Positions 9,103-19,138 of a stretch of DNA of 64,000 nt are shown here, one piece after another. The position numbers and the translations under genes are program-made. The DNA is from Acidimicrobiia bacterium. Lineage in GTDB: Bacteria > Actinomycetota > Acidimicrobiia > Acidimicrobiales > Aldehydirespiratoraceae. The stretch is from NCBI GenBank assembly GCA_021296315.1, contig JAGWAO010000006.1, forward strand, positions 8,977 to 72,976, in the 5' to 3' direction. The stretch's first letter is position 1. Each line of letters opens with the position of its first letter. The notes below the pieces were generated by a model that made no database searches, was not told the DNA's origin, and worked only from the letters and a program-made list of their open reading frames with translations.

Positions 9103-9774
9103 TCAGCCCAACGGGACGTCGGGGCCGCCACAGGCACGCCACAAACCGCGGCCGGAGGCAACAGCCTCTGCTTCGGCCTGATCGAGGACAGCGGCGTAGT
9201 GGTCGTTGGGCGGGTACGTCAGCACCGCGGCGTAGCCGGCCGCGACAACCTCCAGGTTGACGAAGAGGCCGTCATGGGACCGCACGACATACCCCAGCAG
9301 CCGGTCGTAGATGTCACGGGCCTCTGCATCGCGCAACAGTGTGATCTCTGTCCCGGCGGGAAGCACGGCTGCAAGGAATCGCGACGCCTCTGTGCCGAAG
9401 CACTGCACCGGCCGGGTGGGCGCGACCGACTCGGGAGCATCGAGACCGATGAGGCGAACGGCTTCGGAACGGTCCCCGATCCTCGCGATGATCGTGTCTC
9501 CGTCGACGACGCGCTCGACGACCGCGTTGGGAACCCAGCCACCCTCTCCGTTGGAGGAGCCCACGACAGCGCCGGGAGTCCGGACTGCGGGAGGGTCTCG
9601 CCCGCCCACTCCGGGGAGGACAGGAGTCTCACCATCGGAGTCGGGTGACTGGGCCGCTCGGGAGTCCGGAGTGCCTGCCGAGGGGTCAGCGGGGCTTCGA
9701 GCGTAGGTTCCGCAGCTGCCCGCGAGCACCAACAGTGCGACGGGTGCAAGCACCCGGAGTATTCGACGCAACAT
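9103..9774 (-). CDS. thermonuclease (SNase) family lipoprotein
   Basis: Lipobox LLVLAGSCG. SNase motifs VVDGDTI..VRLIGLDAPE, DRYDRLLGYV, and C-terminal GRGLW. Confidence 0.85.
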   Translation of the reverse strand: MLRRILRVLAPVALLVLAGSCGTYARSPADPSAGTPDSRAAQSPDSDGETPVLPGVGGRDPPAVRTPGAVVGSSNGEGGWVPNAVVERVVDGDTIIARIGDRSEAVRLIGLDAPESVAPTRPVQCFGTEASRFLAAVLPAGTEITLLRDAEARDIYDRLLGYVVRSHDGLFVNLEVVAAGYAAVLTYPPNDHYAAVLDQAEAEAVASGRGLWRACGGPDVPLG

Positions 9775-9881
9775 CGCGTCTGCCTCCCTTCACGGGGTAG
9801 ATCCACAGGATGGACATGGCTGCCATCAGAGGCCCCGCAGCCGGCGGAGGACCAGGGGCGATTGGGCGGCTCCCGCGGTGA

Positions 9882-10088
9882 TCAGGCCGCGGCAGGCAGG
9901 TTGGGGCTGGGAACGGTAGCGGTCTGGGCTTGGGCGCGTGCTTCCCGCAGCGCCTGGCGGGCCCGGGCCACCCCGCGCCGGCCGATCTCGCATGTGGCGG
10001 GGTCGAGCTGCCAACTGCTTCCCGAGCCAGCCCTCGCGTTGGCTCTTTCCTCGGGAACGATGTCGATTAGAACCAGTTGATCGGTCAT
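9882..10088 (-). CDS. small hypothetical protein (68 aa)
   Basis: ATG 10088. The peptide MTDQLVLIDIVPEE..WQLDPATCEIGRRGVARARQAL resembles a short motif recurring in small actinobacterial ORFs. No recognisable SD. Confidence 0.35.
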   Translation of the reverse strand: MTDQLVLIDIVPEERANARAGSGSSWQLDPATCEIGRRGVARARQALREARAQAQTATVPSPNLPAAA

Positions 10089-10094
10089 GTGAAC

Positions 10095-11108
10095 ATGATG
10101 GCGAGGGGGTGTGACATCCTTTCGGGCGTGACTGCGACCCCCACCCAAAGACACGGCATCACCGTGCCCTTCGCCGGCCCTCTGCACTCGCAACGGGAGC
10201 GTTTCGAAGAACTCGTCGACCTGGGCTACACCGATGTCTGGTCGGCGGAGGCCGATGGCTTCGACGGCCTTACCACCCTCGCTCTCGCGTCCGCATGGGC
10301 GCCGTCCCTGCGCCTTGGAACCGCGATCCTGCCCGTCTACACCCGCGGCCCCGCTCTGCTCGCCCAATCGGCGGCGTCGCTGGCCTCGGCCGCGCCGGGC
10401 CGTTTCGTCCTCGGTATCGGCTCGTCGTCGAACGTGATCGTCGGCCGATGGAACGCAGCGTCCTTCGACCGCCCCTACCACCGTGTCCGCGACACGATCC
10501 GGTTCCTTCGAGCGGCCCTGAGCGGCGAGAAGGTCACCGAGGACTACGACACCTTCTCGGTGCGTGGCTTCAGGCTCGGCGTGAGGGTCGATGAGCCTGT
10601 CCCCATCTTCGTGGCTGCCCTGCGAGAACGGATGCTGAGGCTGGCGGCACGCGAAGGCGACGGGGCCATCATCAACTGGCTGTCGGCGCAGGATGCAGCC
10701 CGGGTATGCGGCCTCGTGAGATCCGAGAGCCCGTCAGCCGAGGTCGTGGCCCGCATCTTCGTGTTGCCCACTCCGGATCGTGAGGCTGCACTGGCCACGG
10801 GCCGGTTCATCCTGGCCGCGTACCTCAATGTGCCGGTCTACCGGGCGTTCCACACCTGGCTCGGCCGCACGGACGCGCTCGGTGAGCATTGGGCCCAGTG
10901 GGAGGCGGGCGACCGGCGCGGCTCCCTCGAGAAGATCCCCGAGCACGTGATCGATGAACTGCTGGTGCACGGTTCACCGGAAGAGTGCCGCCGGCACATC
11001 CAGCGCTTCGTCGACAACGGCGTGACCTGCCCCGCGCCCATGGTGCTGCCGGTTGACGGGGTGGACGCGTTCGAAGTGGTCAGAGCATTGGCTCCCGCCG
11101 CGGGCTAG
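10095..11108 (+). CDS. LLM class F420-dependent oxidoreductase
   Basis: Luciferase-like fold pattern: LGYTDVWSAE, LGTAILPVYTRGP, RFVLGIGSS, DGAIINW. Start is ambiguous (ATG 10095/10098 or GTG 10128). Confidence 0.8.
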   Translation: MMARGCDILSGVTATPTQRHGITVPFAGPLHSQRERFEELVDLGYTDVWSAEADGFDGLTTLALASAWAPSLRLGTAILPVYTRGPALLAQSAASLASAAPGRFVLGIGSSSNVIVGRWNAASFDRPYHRVRDTIRFLRAALSGEKVTEDYDTFSVRGFRLGVRVDEPVPIFVAALRERMLRLAAREGDGAIINWLSAQDAARVCGLVRSESPSAEVVARIFVLPTPDREAALATGRFILAAYLNVPVYRAFHTWLGRTDALGEHWAQWEAGDRRGSLEKIPEHVIDELLVHGSPEECRRHIQRFVDNGVTCPAPMVLPVDGVDAFEVVRALAPAAG

Positions 11109-11917
11109 GAGCCCGAAGTCCCCAACAGTCCCCGCTGCATGCGCCGCATCCCGCGCAGCCAGCGCTGCCGGTCACCGGCCCGGCGCTGCTCGTAGGTCGC
11201 CACTTCGGGGTGGGGAAGTATCAGGAAGCGGTCCTGTTGCAGGGCCTCCAGGGTCTTGACCGCCACCTCCTCGGGCTCCATCAGACCCAGGGCCTCCACC
11301 TGGGCCACCCCGAGCATCCAGTCCGACTCGGTCATCGGGGTGCGCACTCCCTGGGGGCATAGGCACGACACCCTCACGCCGTCATCGCCGTGCGTGATCG
11401 CGATCCATTCGGCCAGCGCCACGGCCGCGTGCTTGGTGACCGCGTACGACGCGGTGCCCAGCCCGGTCAGGAGCCCCGCAGCCGAGGCGGTCACGAGCAG
11501 GTGACCCGAGCCTCGCTCCACCCATCTCGGCACGAGATGGCGGCCGGCGATCACGTGGGCCATCAGGTTCACATCCCACACGTGGTTCCACTCCTCGTTG
11601 GGACGCTCGACTCCGCCCATGCGGGAGATACCGGCGTTGCCGCACCACAGCTCGATGGGGCCGAGGCTCTCCTCGACCCGTTCGATCAGGGCGATCACCG
11701 CAGCCTCGTCGGTCACGTCGATCTCGGCGCCGAACCCGATCGGGTTGCCGGCAGCAACCTCGGCTGCGATCTCGGTGGCCACAGCTTCGGCGCCGGTCCC
11801 GTCGATGTCGGCCACCACCGCCACGGCACCGGCATCGAGCGCCAGCGCCCGAGCCAGCGAACGCCCGATACCGCTGGCGGCACCCGTGACGACCGCTACG
11901 GCCCCTTCGAGTTCCAT
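11105..11917 (-). CDS. SDR family oxidoreductase
   Basis: ATG 11917 gives MELEGAVAVVTGAASGIGRSLA (TGxxxGIG), NAG, and YAVTKHA (YxxxK). The 5' 235 codons of the track ORF are R/P-rich and overlap the PAP2 gene. Confidence 0.85.
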   Translation of the reverse strand: MELEGAVAVVTGAASGIGRSLARALALDAGAVAVVADIDGTGAEAVATEIAAEVAAGNPIGFGAEIDVTDEAAVIALIERVEESLGPIELWCGNAGISRMGGVERPNEEWNHVWDVNLMAHVIAGRHLVPRWVERGSGHLLVTASAAGLLTGLGTASYAVTKHAAVALAEWIAITHGDDGVRVSCLCPQGVRTPMTESDWMLGVAQVEALGLMEPEEVAVKTLEALQQDRFLILPHPEVATYEQRRAGDRQRWLRGMRRMQRGLLGTSGS

Positions 11918-11952
11918 GTCGGTGATCCTAATGACGCCCCCGCACGCCGGTC

Positions 11953-12477
11953 TCAGCGCAGGAGGCGGCGGGCGACAGCACCGAGGGCCGCACCGATGCC
12001 TATCCCTGCGGCCACATCGCTGGCGTGATGGATCCGCACGTGCATTCGGCTCAGGGCCACGACGAATGCCAGTGCGTAGTAGGCGGGTGCCCACGGGCTG
12101 CGGCGTGCCAGCAGCGCCGCCGCGACCATCGCCGCGCTGGCGTGGCCGCTGGGGAAGCTGCTGGTGAGCGGTTGGCGCAGGGTGTGGGGCCGATGCCCGG
12201 CGAAGGCCGGGCGCCTTCGTCCGAAGATCGTCTTGACGACGCCGTTGACCAGCACCGCCTCTGCGAGGAGGGCAACGCTCAACTCGGTCGCGGGGCGAGG
12301 GTCTCGCCGCGCTGCGGCCTGCGCCGCCCCGAGTGCGTGCCACAGCCGCGAGTGGTTGGCGGCCTCCGATGCCGAGTACATGATCCGATCCAGCGCGGGC
12401 TTGCCCCTGAGGGCGCGCTCCCACCATGCATCGACCGCGGCGTCCATGCCCTCGACGGGTGTTGCAGCATCGCTCAC
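11953..12477 (-). CDS. PAP2 superfamily phosphatase
   Basis: The three PAP2 motifs: KTIFGRRRP, FPSGHAS, SRMHVRIHHASD. Confidence 0.8.
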   Translation of the reverse strand: MSDAATPVEGMDAAVDAWWERALRGKPALDRIMYSASEAANHSRLWHALGAAQAAARRDPRPATELSVALLAEAVLVNGVVKTIFGRRRPAFAGHRPHTLRQPLTSSFPSGHASAAMVAAALLARRSPWAPAYYALAFVVALSRMHVRIHHASDVAAGIGIGAALGAVARRLLR

Positions 12478-14378
12478 TAAGACTCGTCCGGGATGGTCGT
12501 GGAAGGAGAGACACCGCTCTGCGGCGCACCGGTCTCGCCGACAGTGTCGCCGGGCTGCTGGCCGGAGTCCGGGTCGGCGAGATCTGTTCCGGTCTCGCCC
12601 TGTTCCCAGCCGGCCTCCTCACCGCCCTGGTCCTCGCTTCCCTCGGGCGGCATGATCGGGGTGGTCGTGGTGGTGGTCGTGGTGACGGAGGGCGTTCCGT
12701 CGCACTTAAGGCCCTCCGGTCGGTACTGGGCCCATACCGTGTCGGTCTCGGTGCGCCCGTCCTCGAGGTAGGTGCGGGTGCGCTCTGTGGTCACCCGGGT
12801 GCAGGTAGTCCCCACGGTCCGCGTCCATTGGTCGGTCTGCTCGGCCAGCACCCAAGGCGTGGAGTAGAGCCTCACCGTGATCGAGTCGTCACCGGTGGTG
12901 GGCCACAGCATCACGCCATGCGGGGTGTTGTTCTCCAGCACGAGATCAGGTGCCGGATACGACACCGTGGCCTCGCGCCCGTAGGGGTAGCGGCTCAGGT
13001 AGATCGTGTGGCTCTGGTAGTCGACGAAGTCGAGTCCCGCGAAGAAGGCTGCGTTGAACAGGGTGGTGGCGTACTGCGAGATGCCTCCCCCCACCGAGTC
13101 CACGAACACGCCGTCGAGGATCATGGCGGCTGGCACGAACCCCTTGTTCACCGTGCGCGGACCGACGAACCCATTGACTGAGAACCGCTGGCCCGGCTCG
13201 ATGATCGCCCCTCGCGTCAACTCGGAAATGCGGGCGATGTTGATTATCCGGTCCTGGCCCGGCCTGAAGCGCGTGGTGAACTCGCCGACCACCTGGAAGA
13301 TTCCCAGCGACTCGGCCCACTCCCGGCCCTGGGGATGCGGAGCTGGAGCGGCTGGCAGAATGATCACCGGCTGGTTGTCGATCATCCCCGCCAGTAGCAC
13401 GTCGGTCGCTGCGGCGTCGCAGCACTTGAAGCCGGGCTCGCCCGCGGAGATGGTCACGGCACCGGCGTCGTCCAGGCCGATGGTCGCCGGCAGCCCATCG
13501 CCGCCGATTCCCACGAAGAGGCTGGTGAGAGTGTCCGCTATCCGCGGATCTAGAGCGAGGTGCGTGTCGTGCTGCTCGCCTTCGAGGATGATGAACTGCC
13601 GCAGGGCGAGCTCACCGATGGCGAACGTCTCGGTGGTGCCCTCAAGCTGGAGCAGTACCCCTCCTTCGGTGATCTCGTTGGCCTTGGTGGCAAGCGCGGA
13701 GGCCAGAGCGACTGCGATCGGGTCGGCAGGCTCCATGCCCCTTATGGGAACCTCGACAACAGCCCGGCCGCCCACGTTCTGGAGCACTGCCTCCTCTAGC
13801 CGTTCGGCCAACAGCTCCATGTCGGGGACGGGCACGTCGGTCTGGAGGACGGGCCGGAAGGCTCCATCGACGAACTCGATGCGGGGTGTCTCGGGGTCGG
13901 TGTAGGGGTCGACCGTGTCGGCAAGGGTTCCAAGGTCGGTGGTAACCGCCGGACTCACCTCGCGGCTGGCGAACAGATCGAACAGCCACGCGGCCGGTCG
14001 CACCACCGGAGGGGGCGGGTTGTCAGCCTCGGCGAGGGTCTTCTCGGTGTCCAGCGAGATCCCCAGCTCGGCTGCAGTGAACTCAGTCGCAGGAATGGTG
14101 ATGCTCTGGTTCTGGAACTGCAACTCGATGAATTGCAACTCGACGGTGGTCTCGGCCACCTCCTGGACGACCGGTTCGAGCGCCGTGACCGCCTCCTCCG
14201 GCTCCAGGCCGCCGATGTCCACGCCCCGCACGACCGCACCCTCGCGGATCTCGGAGTCCTGCCCCGTCTCATACACCTGCCACCCGACGACCAGGACGGC
14301 GACAACCAACCCTGCTCCGACGATGGCCGGCCAGAGCCACCCGTGCCGAACCTCCCGCCGGAGCAGCCGTCTGAGCAC
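12477..14378 (-). CDS. VanW family protein, N-terminal membrane anchor, C-terminal poly-Thr low-complexity tail
   Basis: TM WLWPAIVGAGLVVAVLVVGW. VanW core GGGISQYATTLFNAAFFAGL..YPYGREATV. C-terminal TTTTTTTT run. Confidence 0.85.
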   Translation of the reverse strand: MLRRLLRREVRHGWLWPAIVGAGLVVAVLVVGWQVYETGQDSEIREGAVVRGVDIGGLEPEEAVTALEPVVQEVAETTVELQFIELQFQNQSITIPATEFTAAELGISLDTEKTLAEADNPPPPVVRPAAWLFDLFASREVSPAVTTDLGTLADTVDPYTDPETPRIEFVDGAFRPVLQTDVPVPDMELLAERLEEAVLQNVGGRAVVEVPIRGMEPADPIAVALASALATKANEITEGGVLLQLEGTTETFAIGELALRQFIILEGEQHDTHLALDPRIADTLTSLFVGIGGDGLPATIGLDDAGAVTISAGEPGFKCCDAAATDVLLAGMIDNQPVIILPAAPAPHPQGREWAESLGIFQVVGEFTTRFRPGQDRIINIARISELTRGAIIEPGQRFSVNGFVGPRTVNKGFVPAAMILDGVFVDSVGGGISQYATTLFNAAFFAGLDFVDYQSHTIYLSRYPYGREATVSYPAPDLVLENNTPHGVMLWPTTGDDSITVRLYSTPWVLAEQTDQWTRTVGTTCTRVTTERTRTYLEDGRTETDTVWAQYRPEGLKCDGTPSVTTTTTTTTPIMPPEGSEDQGGEEAGWEQGETGTDLADPDSGQQPGDTVGETGAPQSGVSPSTTIPDES

Positions 14379-14470
14379 GGCTTGAGGGTAGCCGCAGCCG
14401 GTGACAGCGCTTGCTCAGTGGTGCTGAGTCTTCGAGACGCTCGCCGTCTGCTAGACGCTCGCCGACCCTC

Positions 14471-15148
14471 TCAGAACAGCCGCAGTTCCGGTGACTCGAT
14501 GCCCCGCAGTTCGTCGTAGTCCACCTCCACGCAGTCGATGGAGCGGTCGGCCGCGAGCACCTTGGCCTGGGGCTTGATGGTCCGGGCCACGAACACGCCG
14601 CGCACCGGCGCCAGGCTCGGGTCGGAGTTCAGGTAGTGCAGATACCGGGTCAGCTGCTCAACCCCGTCGATCTCGCCGTGGCGCTTCACCTCCACCGCCA
14701 CTGCGTTGCCCGAGACGTCGCGGCACAGCAGATCCACGGGGCCGATGGCCGTCGGGAACTCCCGTCGCACCAGGGTGAAGCCGTCCTCGATGGCCGCCGG
14801 ATTGACCGCGAGCAGTTCCTGCATCTGCGCCTCGACGCCGTCCTTCTGCAGACCGGGATCGGTGCCCATCTCGTGGGTGCTGTCGTGGAGGACCTCCTCG
14901 ATCTTGATGACTAGAGAGTCGCTGCGGCCCGGAGCCGTCACCCGCCAGACTCCGGCCTCCTCGTCGATCACAAGCCGGTTGGGGGCATTCATCCAGTTGA
15001 GCGGCTTGTAGGCGCCTCCGTCAGCGTGGACGGCCACGCAGCCGTCGGCCTTCACCATGATGAGACGGACGGCCGAGGGCAGGTGAGCCTGTAGGCGACC
15101 GTCGTAGTCGACGGTGCAGCGGGCGATCACGAGCCGCACCGCGGCCAA
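14471..15148 (-). CDS. nucS: endonuclease NucS (EndoMS)
   Basis: [50 protein letters not shown] and C-terminal [16 protein letters not shown] match NucS end to end. Confidence 0.9.
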   Translation of the reverse strand: MAAVRLVIARCTVDYDGRLQAHLPSAVRLIMVKADGCVAVHADGGAYKPLNWMNAPNRLVIDEEAGVWRVTAPGRSDSLVIKIEEVLHDSTHEMGTDPGLQKDGVEAQMQELLAVNPAAIEDGFTLVRREFPTAIGPVDLLCRDVSGNAVAVEVKRHGEIDGVEQLTRYLHYLNSDPSLAPVRGVFVARTIKPQAKVLAADRSIDCVEVDYDELRGIESPELRLF

Positions 15149-15194
15149 GTTAGCGCGCCGGCCCTCCGAGAAGATCCGGTGGCATACTCACCCG

Positions 15195-15947
15195 ATGGAT
15201 CTTGCCGGCCGGACGGCCCTGGTGACCGGGGGAGCCAAGCGGGTCGGCCGGGGTATCACCCTGACCCTGGCCCGGGCCGGCGCCAACGTGGTGATCAACT
15301 ACAACACGTCGGCCGGCGAGGCTCGCCGCACCGCAGCCGACGTCGAGGCGCTGGGCGTGCAGGCCCTGCCGGTGGCGGCCGATGTCACCGACGACGGCCA
15401 GGTCCAGGCCATGGTGGAGGCGGCAACGGAGCGTTTCGGCACCATCGACGTGCTGGTCAACAATGCCTCCACCTTCGCCTTCGGGGCCTTCCCGACCGAT
15501 GACCTGACGGTGTGGCACCGGTCGATCGACACTCTCGTCCACGGTCCCTTCTACTGCGCCAACCGGGTGGCTCCGGTCATGCTGGCCAACGGAGGTGGTG
15601 TGATCGTCAGCATCGGCGATCTGAGCGCGTTCGAGCCCTGGCCGGGCTTCGCCGGCCACGCGGTCGGCAAGGGAGCGATCCTCTCCCTGACCCGCCAGCT
15701 GGCTCTGGAGTTGGCGCCCACCGTCAGGGTCAACGCTGTGGTCCCGGGCCCGGCTCTGCGCCCCGCCGACTACGACGACGCCACCTACCAGCGAGTGGCC
15801 GACGAGACTCTCGCGGGACGCTGGGGAACTCCTGCCGAGATGGGCCAGGCGGTCCAGTTCCTCATCGAGGCGGACTACATAACGGGCGAGGTCCTCACCG
15901 TGGACGGCGGCCAGCGCTACGGGCACCGCAAGCACGCCCACGGCTGA
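15195..15947 (+). CDS. SDR family oxidoreductase
   Basis: ATG 15195 gives MDLAGRTALVTGGAKRVGRGI. Also NNAS, and GHAVGKGA (YxxxK-like position). Confidence 0.85.
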   Translation: MDLAGRTALVTGGAKRVGRGITLTLARAGANVVINYNTSAGEARRTAADVEALGVQALPVAADVTDDGQVQAMVEAATERFGTIDVLVNNASTFAFGAFPTDDLTVWHRSIDTLVHGPFYCANRVAPVMLANGGGVIVSIGDLSAFEPWPGFAGHAVGKGAILSLTRQLALELAPTVRVNAVVPGPALRPADYDDATYQRVADETLAGRWGTPAEMGQAVQFLIEADYITGEVLTVDGGQRYGHRKHAHG

Positions 15948-15982
15948 TCCGGCCGCGGTTGCCTGAACCAGAGCGAACCAGC

Positions 15983-16966
15983 ATGGTCGCCGCCGGGGTC
16001 CACATCGTGCCGCTGATGCCGTCCGGCGACGTCATCGCGCTGGCCGTGGAAGCAGAGCGGCTCGGATACGACTACTGCCTGGTGGCCGACGAGGGGTTCC
16101 ATCCCGATGTCTACGCCTGCCTGGGAGCAATTGCCCGGGCCACCGACCGGATAGTCCTCGGTGTGCTGACCAACGCGTACACGCGGCATCCGGCGGTGAC
16201 CGCGGCCGCGGCCGCCACCGTCAATGAACTGTCCGGGGGTCGGCTGGTGGTCACCCTGCTGGCCGGAGGATCGATGGTGCTCAGCCCGATGGGAATCGAG
16301 CGATCCCGCCCCGCCCGGGTGGTGGCCGACTGCGTGCAAGTGCTGAAGCGGCTGTGGTCGGGCCGGGAGGTGAGCTGGAGTGGCCAGACCTGCTCCCTCG
16401 ATCGGGCCCGGCTCGGCATGGGACCCCAGCCGATCCCCATCTGGATCGCCAGCCGGGGACCGCGCCTGCTGGAGCTGGCCGGACGTCAGGCCGACGGCGT
16501 CATCCTCACCGTCAAGCCCGATCTCGGCGCCGCTCTCAATCTCGTGGAGTCGGCCGCAGCGATGGCCGGTCGTCGCGAGCCTCAGCGCTTCTACCTGGGG
16601 CGGATCTGCTACACGCCGAAGCTGCTGGAAGGTCAGCGCCGAACGCTTTCGTTCGTGCTGATGGACTCGCCCCGCCGGGTGCTGGAGTCGCTGGGCCTCA
16701 GTGCCGACGAGATCGCGGTCGTGGAGCACGCCGCCGGAGCGAACCGTCCCGAGTTCGTCGACGAACTGGTGACCGGCGACCTGCTCCAGCGCTACCAGGT
16801 GTCCGGCACACCCACCGAGTGCCGGGCCGAGGTTGAGCAGTTGGCTGGCCGGCACGGCCTGGACGGCGTGCTGATCGACGCGCTGTCATCGGATCTCTCC
16901 GAGAACCTCGCCGTGCTGGAAGAGTCCCTGCCCCTCATCGGTGACGCCCAGAGGCCGAGCGGGTAG
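15983..16966 (+). CDS. LLM class F420-dependent oxidoreductase (Mer-like)
   Basis: ATG 15983. Motifs LGYDYCLVADEGFH, LGVLTNAYTRHP, GRLVVTLLAGG, ADGVILT. The last five codons and the TAG stop lie inside repeat copy C. Confidence 0.8.
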   Translation: MVAAGVHIVPLMPSGDVIALAVEAERLGYDYCLVADEGFHPDVYACLGAIARATDRIVLGVLTNAYTRHPAVTAAAAATVNELSGGRLVVTLLAGGSMVLSPMGIERSRPARVVADCVQVLKRLWSGREVSWSGQTCSLDRARLGMGPQPIPIWIASRGPRLLELAGRQADGVILTVKPDLGAALNLVESAAAMAGRREPQRFYLGRICYTPKLLEGQRRTLSFVLMDSPRRVLESLGLSADEIAVVEHAAGANRPEFVDELVTGDLLQRYQVSGTPTECRAEVEQLAGRHGLDGVLIDALSSDLSENLAVLEESLPLIGDAQRPSG

Positions 16967-17049
16967 GCGGCAATGCGTGAGAGTCCTGGTGGGGTGCTCA
17001 GCGAGGCCGTGGCCCGAGCGGCCCGTGAGCGCAGCGAACAAGAGCGGGA
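16948..17049 (+). repeat. modular interspersed repeat, copy C
   Basis: ccagaggccgagcgggtaggcggc...cagcgaggccgtggcccgagcggcccgtgagcgcagcgaacaagagcggga. The second TAG is the stop of the LLM gene. Confidence 0.9.
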
Positions 17050-17121
17050 TACACCACGCTGCATCGTGTGGGGCCATCACCGCCGCGGCGGGGCTGCCGC
17101 CCGGCCCTAGCATCTGCTCCT

Positions 17122-17901
17122 ATGGTCTCCAGGCACCTCGATCGCATCTTCGGCTCCGACGGGCGAACCGTGATCATCGCCTTGGACCACGGATTGATCG
17201 ACGGCCCGTGCCCGGGCTTCGAACGGCCCGCTGAGACCATCTCGGCAGTGGTGGCCGGCGGGCCCGACGCGGTGTTGACCTCTTACGGAATCGCTGAGAA
17301 CTTCGCGGCCGAGTTGGATCCGGTCGGGCTCATCCTGCGCAGCGACGGGTCGGTGAGCAACCTCGGATCGCCCAGCACCGGTTCCGTCGGGCAGTTCTTC
17401 GGAGTCGAGGACGCGCTCCGGGTAGGAGCCGACGCCCTGGCTGTGACCGCCCTGCCCGGTTCGGCTTCCGAGGCGGACACGCTGCGCAATCTGGCCCACA
17501 CCATCGGTGAGGCTCACCGATCGGACCTGCCGGTCATGGCCGAGATGGTGCCCGGCGGGTTCGACTCTCCGCCTGAGATGCGGGGACCCGATGCTGTGGC
17601 CTTCGCGGCCCGCCTGGGAGCCGAGCTGGGAGCCGACTTGATCAAGGCGCCCTACTGCGAGGACTACGCCCTGGTCACTTCATCCGCGTTCGTTCCCGTG
17701 GTGATCCTGGGGGGATCCAAGGGATCCGAGGCCGCCACCCTGGCCAACATCCGGGCCGCCCTCGACGCGGGTGCGGCCGGTGTTGCCATGGGCCGCAACG
17801 TCTTCCAGAGCGCGAACCCCACGGCCATGACCCGGGCCGTGGTCGCAGTCGTGCATGCCGACGCCAGCGTTGAGGACGCCCTAGCCATCCTGGAAGGATG
17901 A
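17122..17901 (+). CDS. class I aldolase, DhnA/FbaB/LsrF family
   Basis: ATG 17122. Motifs [28 protein letters not shown] (Schiff-base Lys context), [19 protein letters not shown]. Confidence 0.75.
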   Translation: MVSRHLDRIFGSDGRTVIIALDHGLIDGPCPGFERPAETISAVVAGGPDAVLTSYGIAENFAAELDPVGLILRSDGSVSNLGSPSTGSVGQFFGVEDALRVGADALAVTALPGSASEADTLRNLAHTIGEAHRSDLPVMAEMVPGGFDSPPEMRGPDAVAFAARLGAELGADLIKAPYCEDYALVTSSAFVPVVILGGSKGSEAATLANIRAALDAGAAGVAMGRNVFQSANPTAMTRAVVAVVHADASVEDALAILEG

Positions 17902-17905
17902 CCCG

Positions 17906-19138
17906 GTGAGTAGAACCGGGGTCGATCAAGCCGGCGGCGACAGTGTCGTGCTGGGGCTGGATGCGGGCACAACGTCGGCCAAGGCGGTGGTTGTCGACGG
18001 GGCGGGTGAGATCGTGGCGACGGCTGGGTCGAGTCCCATCGCCGTCCGCTCGACCCCCGACGGTGGTAGCGAGCAGGATCCATCCGAGATCTGGCAGGCC
18101 GTGACCGCTGCCGGTCGGCGGGCCGTTGACGGGCTCGGAGCCGGCATCCATGTGGCCGCGCTGGCGGTGGCCGCTCAGAGCGGTTCGGTGATTCCGGTGA
18201 CAGTCGAGGGCAGCGCCGAGCGGGCCATCACCTGGATGGACACACGATTCCGGTCCGTGGCGGAGAACTGGTCCGGCGAGGTCGCGACGAGGATCCGGGC
18301 CGTCAGCGGCTGGATGCCCACGTGCGGCGTAGGCCTGTCGACCATCGTCGGGCAGCGTGCTCAGGCTTCGACCGGATACGCCGAAGCAGATTCGGCCCCC
18401 GTGTCACGGTGGGCTTCGGTGGACGACTATCTCGTGTCCCGCCTGACCGGGCGGTGGGCCACCAACCCGTCCAACGCGGCCGGCATGCAGCTGATGGACG
18501 TCTCGACCCGGACATGGAGCGACGAGTTGTGCGGCCTGGCCGGGATCGACCCATCGATGCTGTCACCGATCCGGGAGTCGGGCACCGCCGCGGGTGAACT
18601 GACCGGCGAGGCTGCGGCTGCATTGGGGTTGGATGCGGGCACCCCGGTGGTGACGGGCGGCCACGACCAGGCTTGCGCCGCGCTGGGGCTCGGCGTCGTC
18701 GACCCCGGCGACCTGTTCCTTTCAGCCGGTACGGCATGGGTACTGACTGCGGCAACCGACCGGGCCGAGGTCGACGCCCTCCCACCCTCGCTGAACCTCA
18801 GTCCCCACGTGCTGGATGGGGTCTGGACTGCGTCCGAGAACCTGGGCGGGCTTGGTGCGATGCTGGCCGGCACTCCGCCGGACAGGATCCGGGACTCCTT
18901 CGAGGCGTGCGGCGTGAAGGTCCGCGAGGCCCTCGAGGGGGCGGGTAAGTTGGCGGCCGCTGGTGGAGAGTTGATCATGGTGGGGGGCGGGACCCGGTTC
19001 GAGGAGCTGGCCGAGGTGATTGCCGAGCTCATTGGCCGGCCGGTGGTGGCACGACCCGAAGCCACCTGGCCGGCGGTTGGTGCGGCCCGGCTGGCCGCCG
19101 CAGCCCTAGGGTGGGCTCCCGGGGGAGAAGCAACGTGA
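17906..19138 (+). CDS. FGGY-family carbohydrate kinase (compact, 410 aa)
   Basis: [45 protein letters not shown]. It looks short by eye for this family. Confidence 0.75.
   Translation: MSRTGVDQAGGDSVVLGLDAGTTSAKAVVVDGAGEIVATAGSSPIAVRSTPDGGSEQDPSEIWQAVTAAGRRAVDGLGAGIHVAALAVAAQSGSVIPVTVEGSAERAITWMDTRFRSVAENWSGEVATRIRAVSGWMPTCGVGLSTIVGQRAQASTGYAEADSAPVSRWASVDDYLVSRLTGRWATNPSNAAGMQLMDVSTRTWSDELCGLAGIDPSMLSPIRESGTAAGELTGEAAAALGLDAGTPVVTGGHDQACAALGLGVVDPGDLFLSAGTAWVLTAATDRAEVDALPPSLNLSPHVLDGVWTASENLGGLGAMLAGTPPDRIRDSFEACGVKVREALEGAGKLAAAGGELIMVGGGTRFEELAEVIAELIGRPVVARPEATWPAVGAARLAAAALGWAPGGEAT

Noticed and set aside
9826-10481. 199-aa minus-strand ORF 9882-10481 and small ORFs 9826-10014 and 9862-10080
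   Set aside because: The 5' two-thirds of the 199-aa ORF are antisense to the LLM oxidoreductase gene and R/G-rich. Only the terminal 68 codons from ATG 10088 were kept, at low confidence.
11918-12622. N-terminal 235 codons of track ORF 11105-12622
   Set aside because: R/P-rich, and it overlaps the PAP2 gene on the same strand in another frame. SDR homology starts exactly at ATG 11917.
14435-14464. agacgctcgccg direct repeat and a small hairpin (agacg-ctcgc-cgtct) in the nucS-vanW spacer
   Set aside because: Short (12 nt, 5-bp stem). It is plausibly just a weak nucS terminator or promoter context and is not seen elsewhere in the window.
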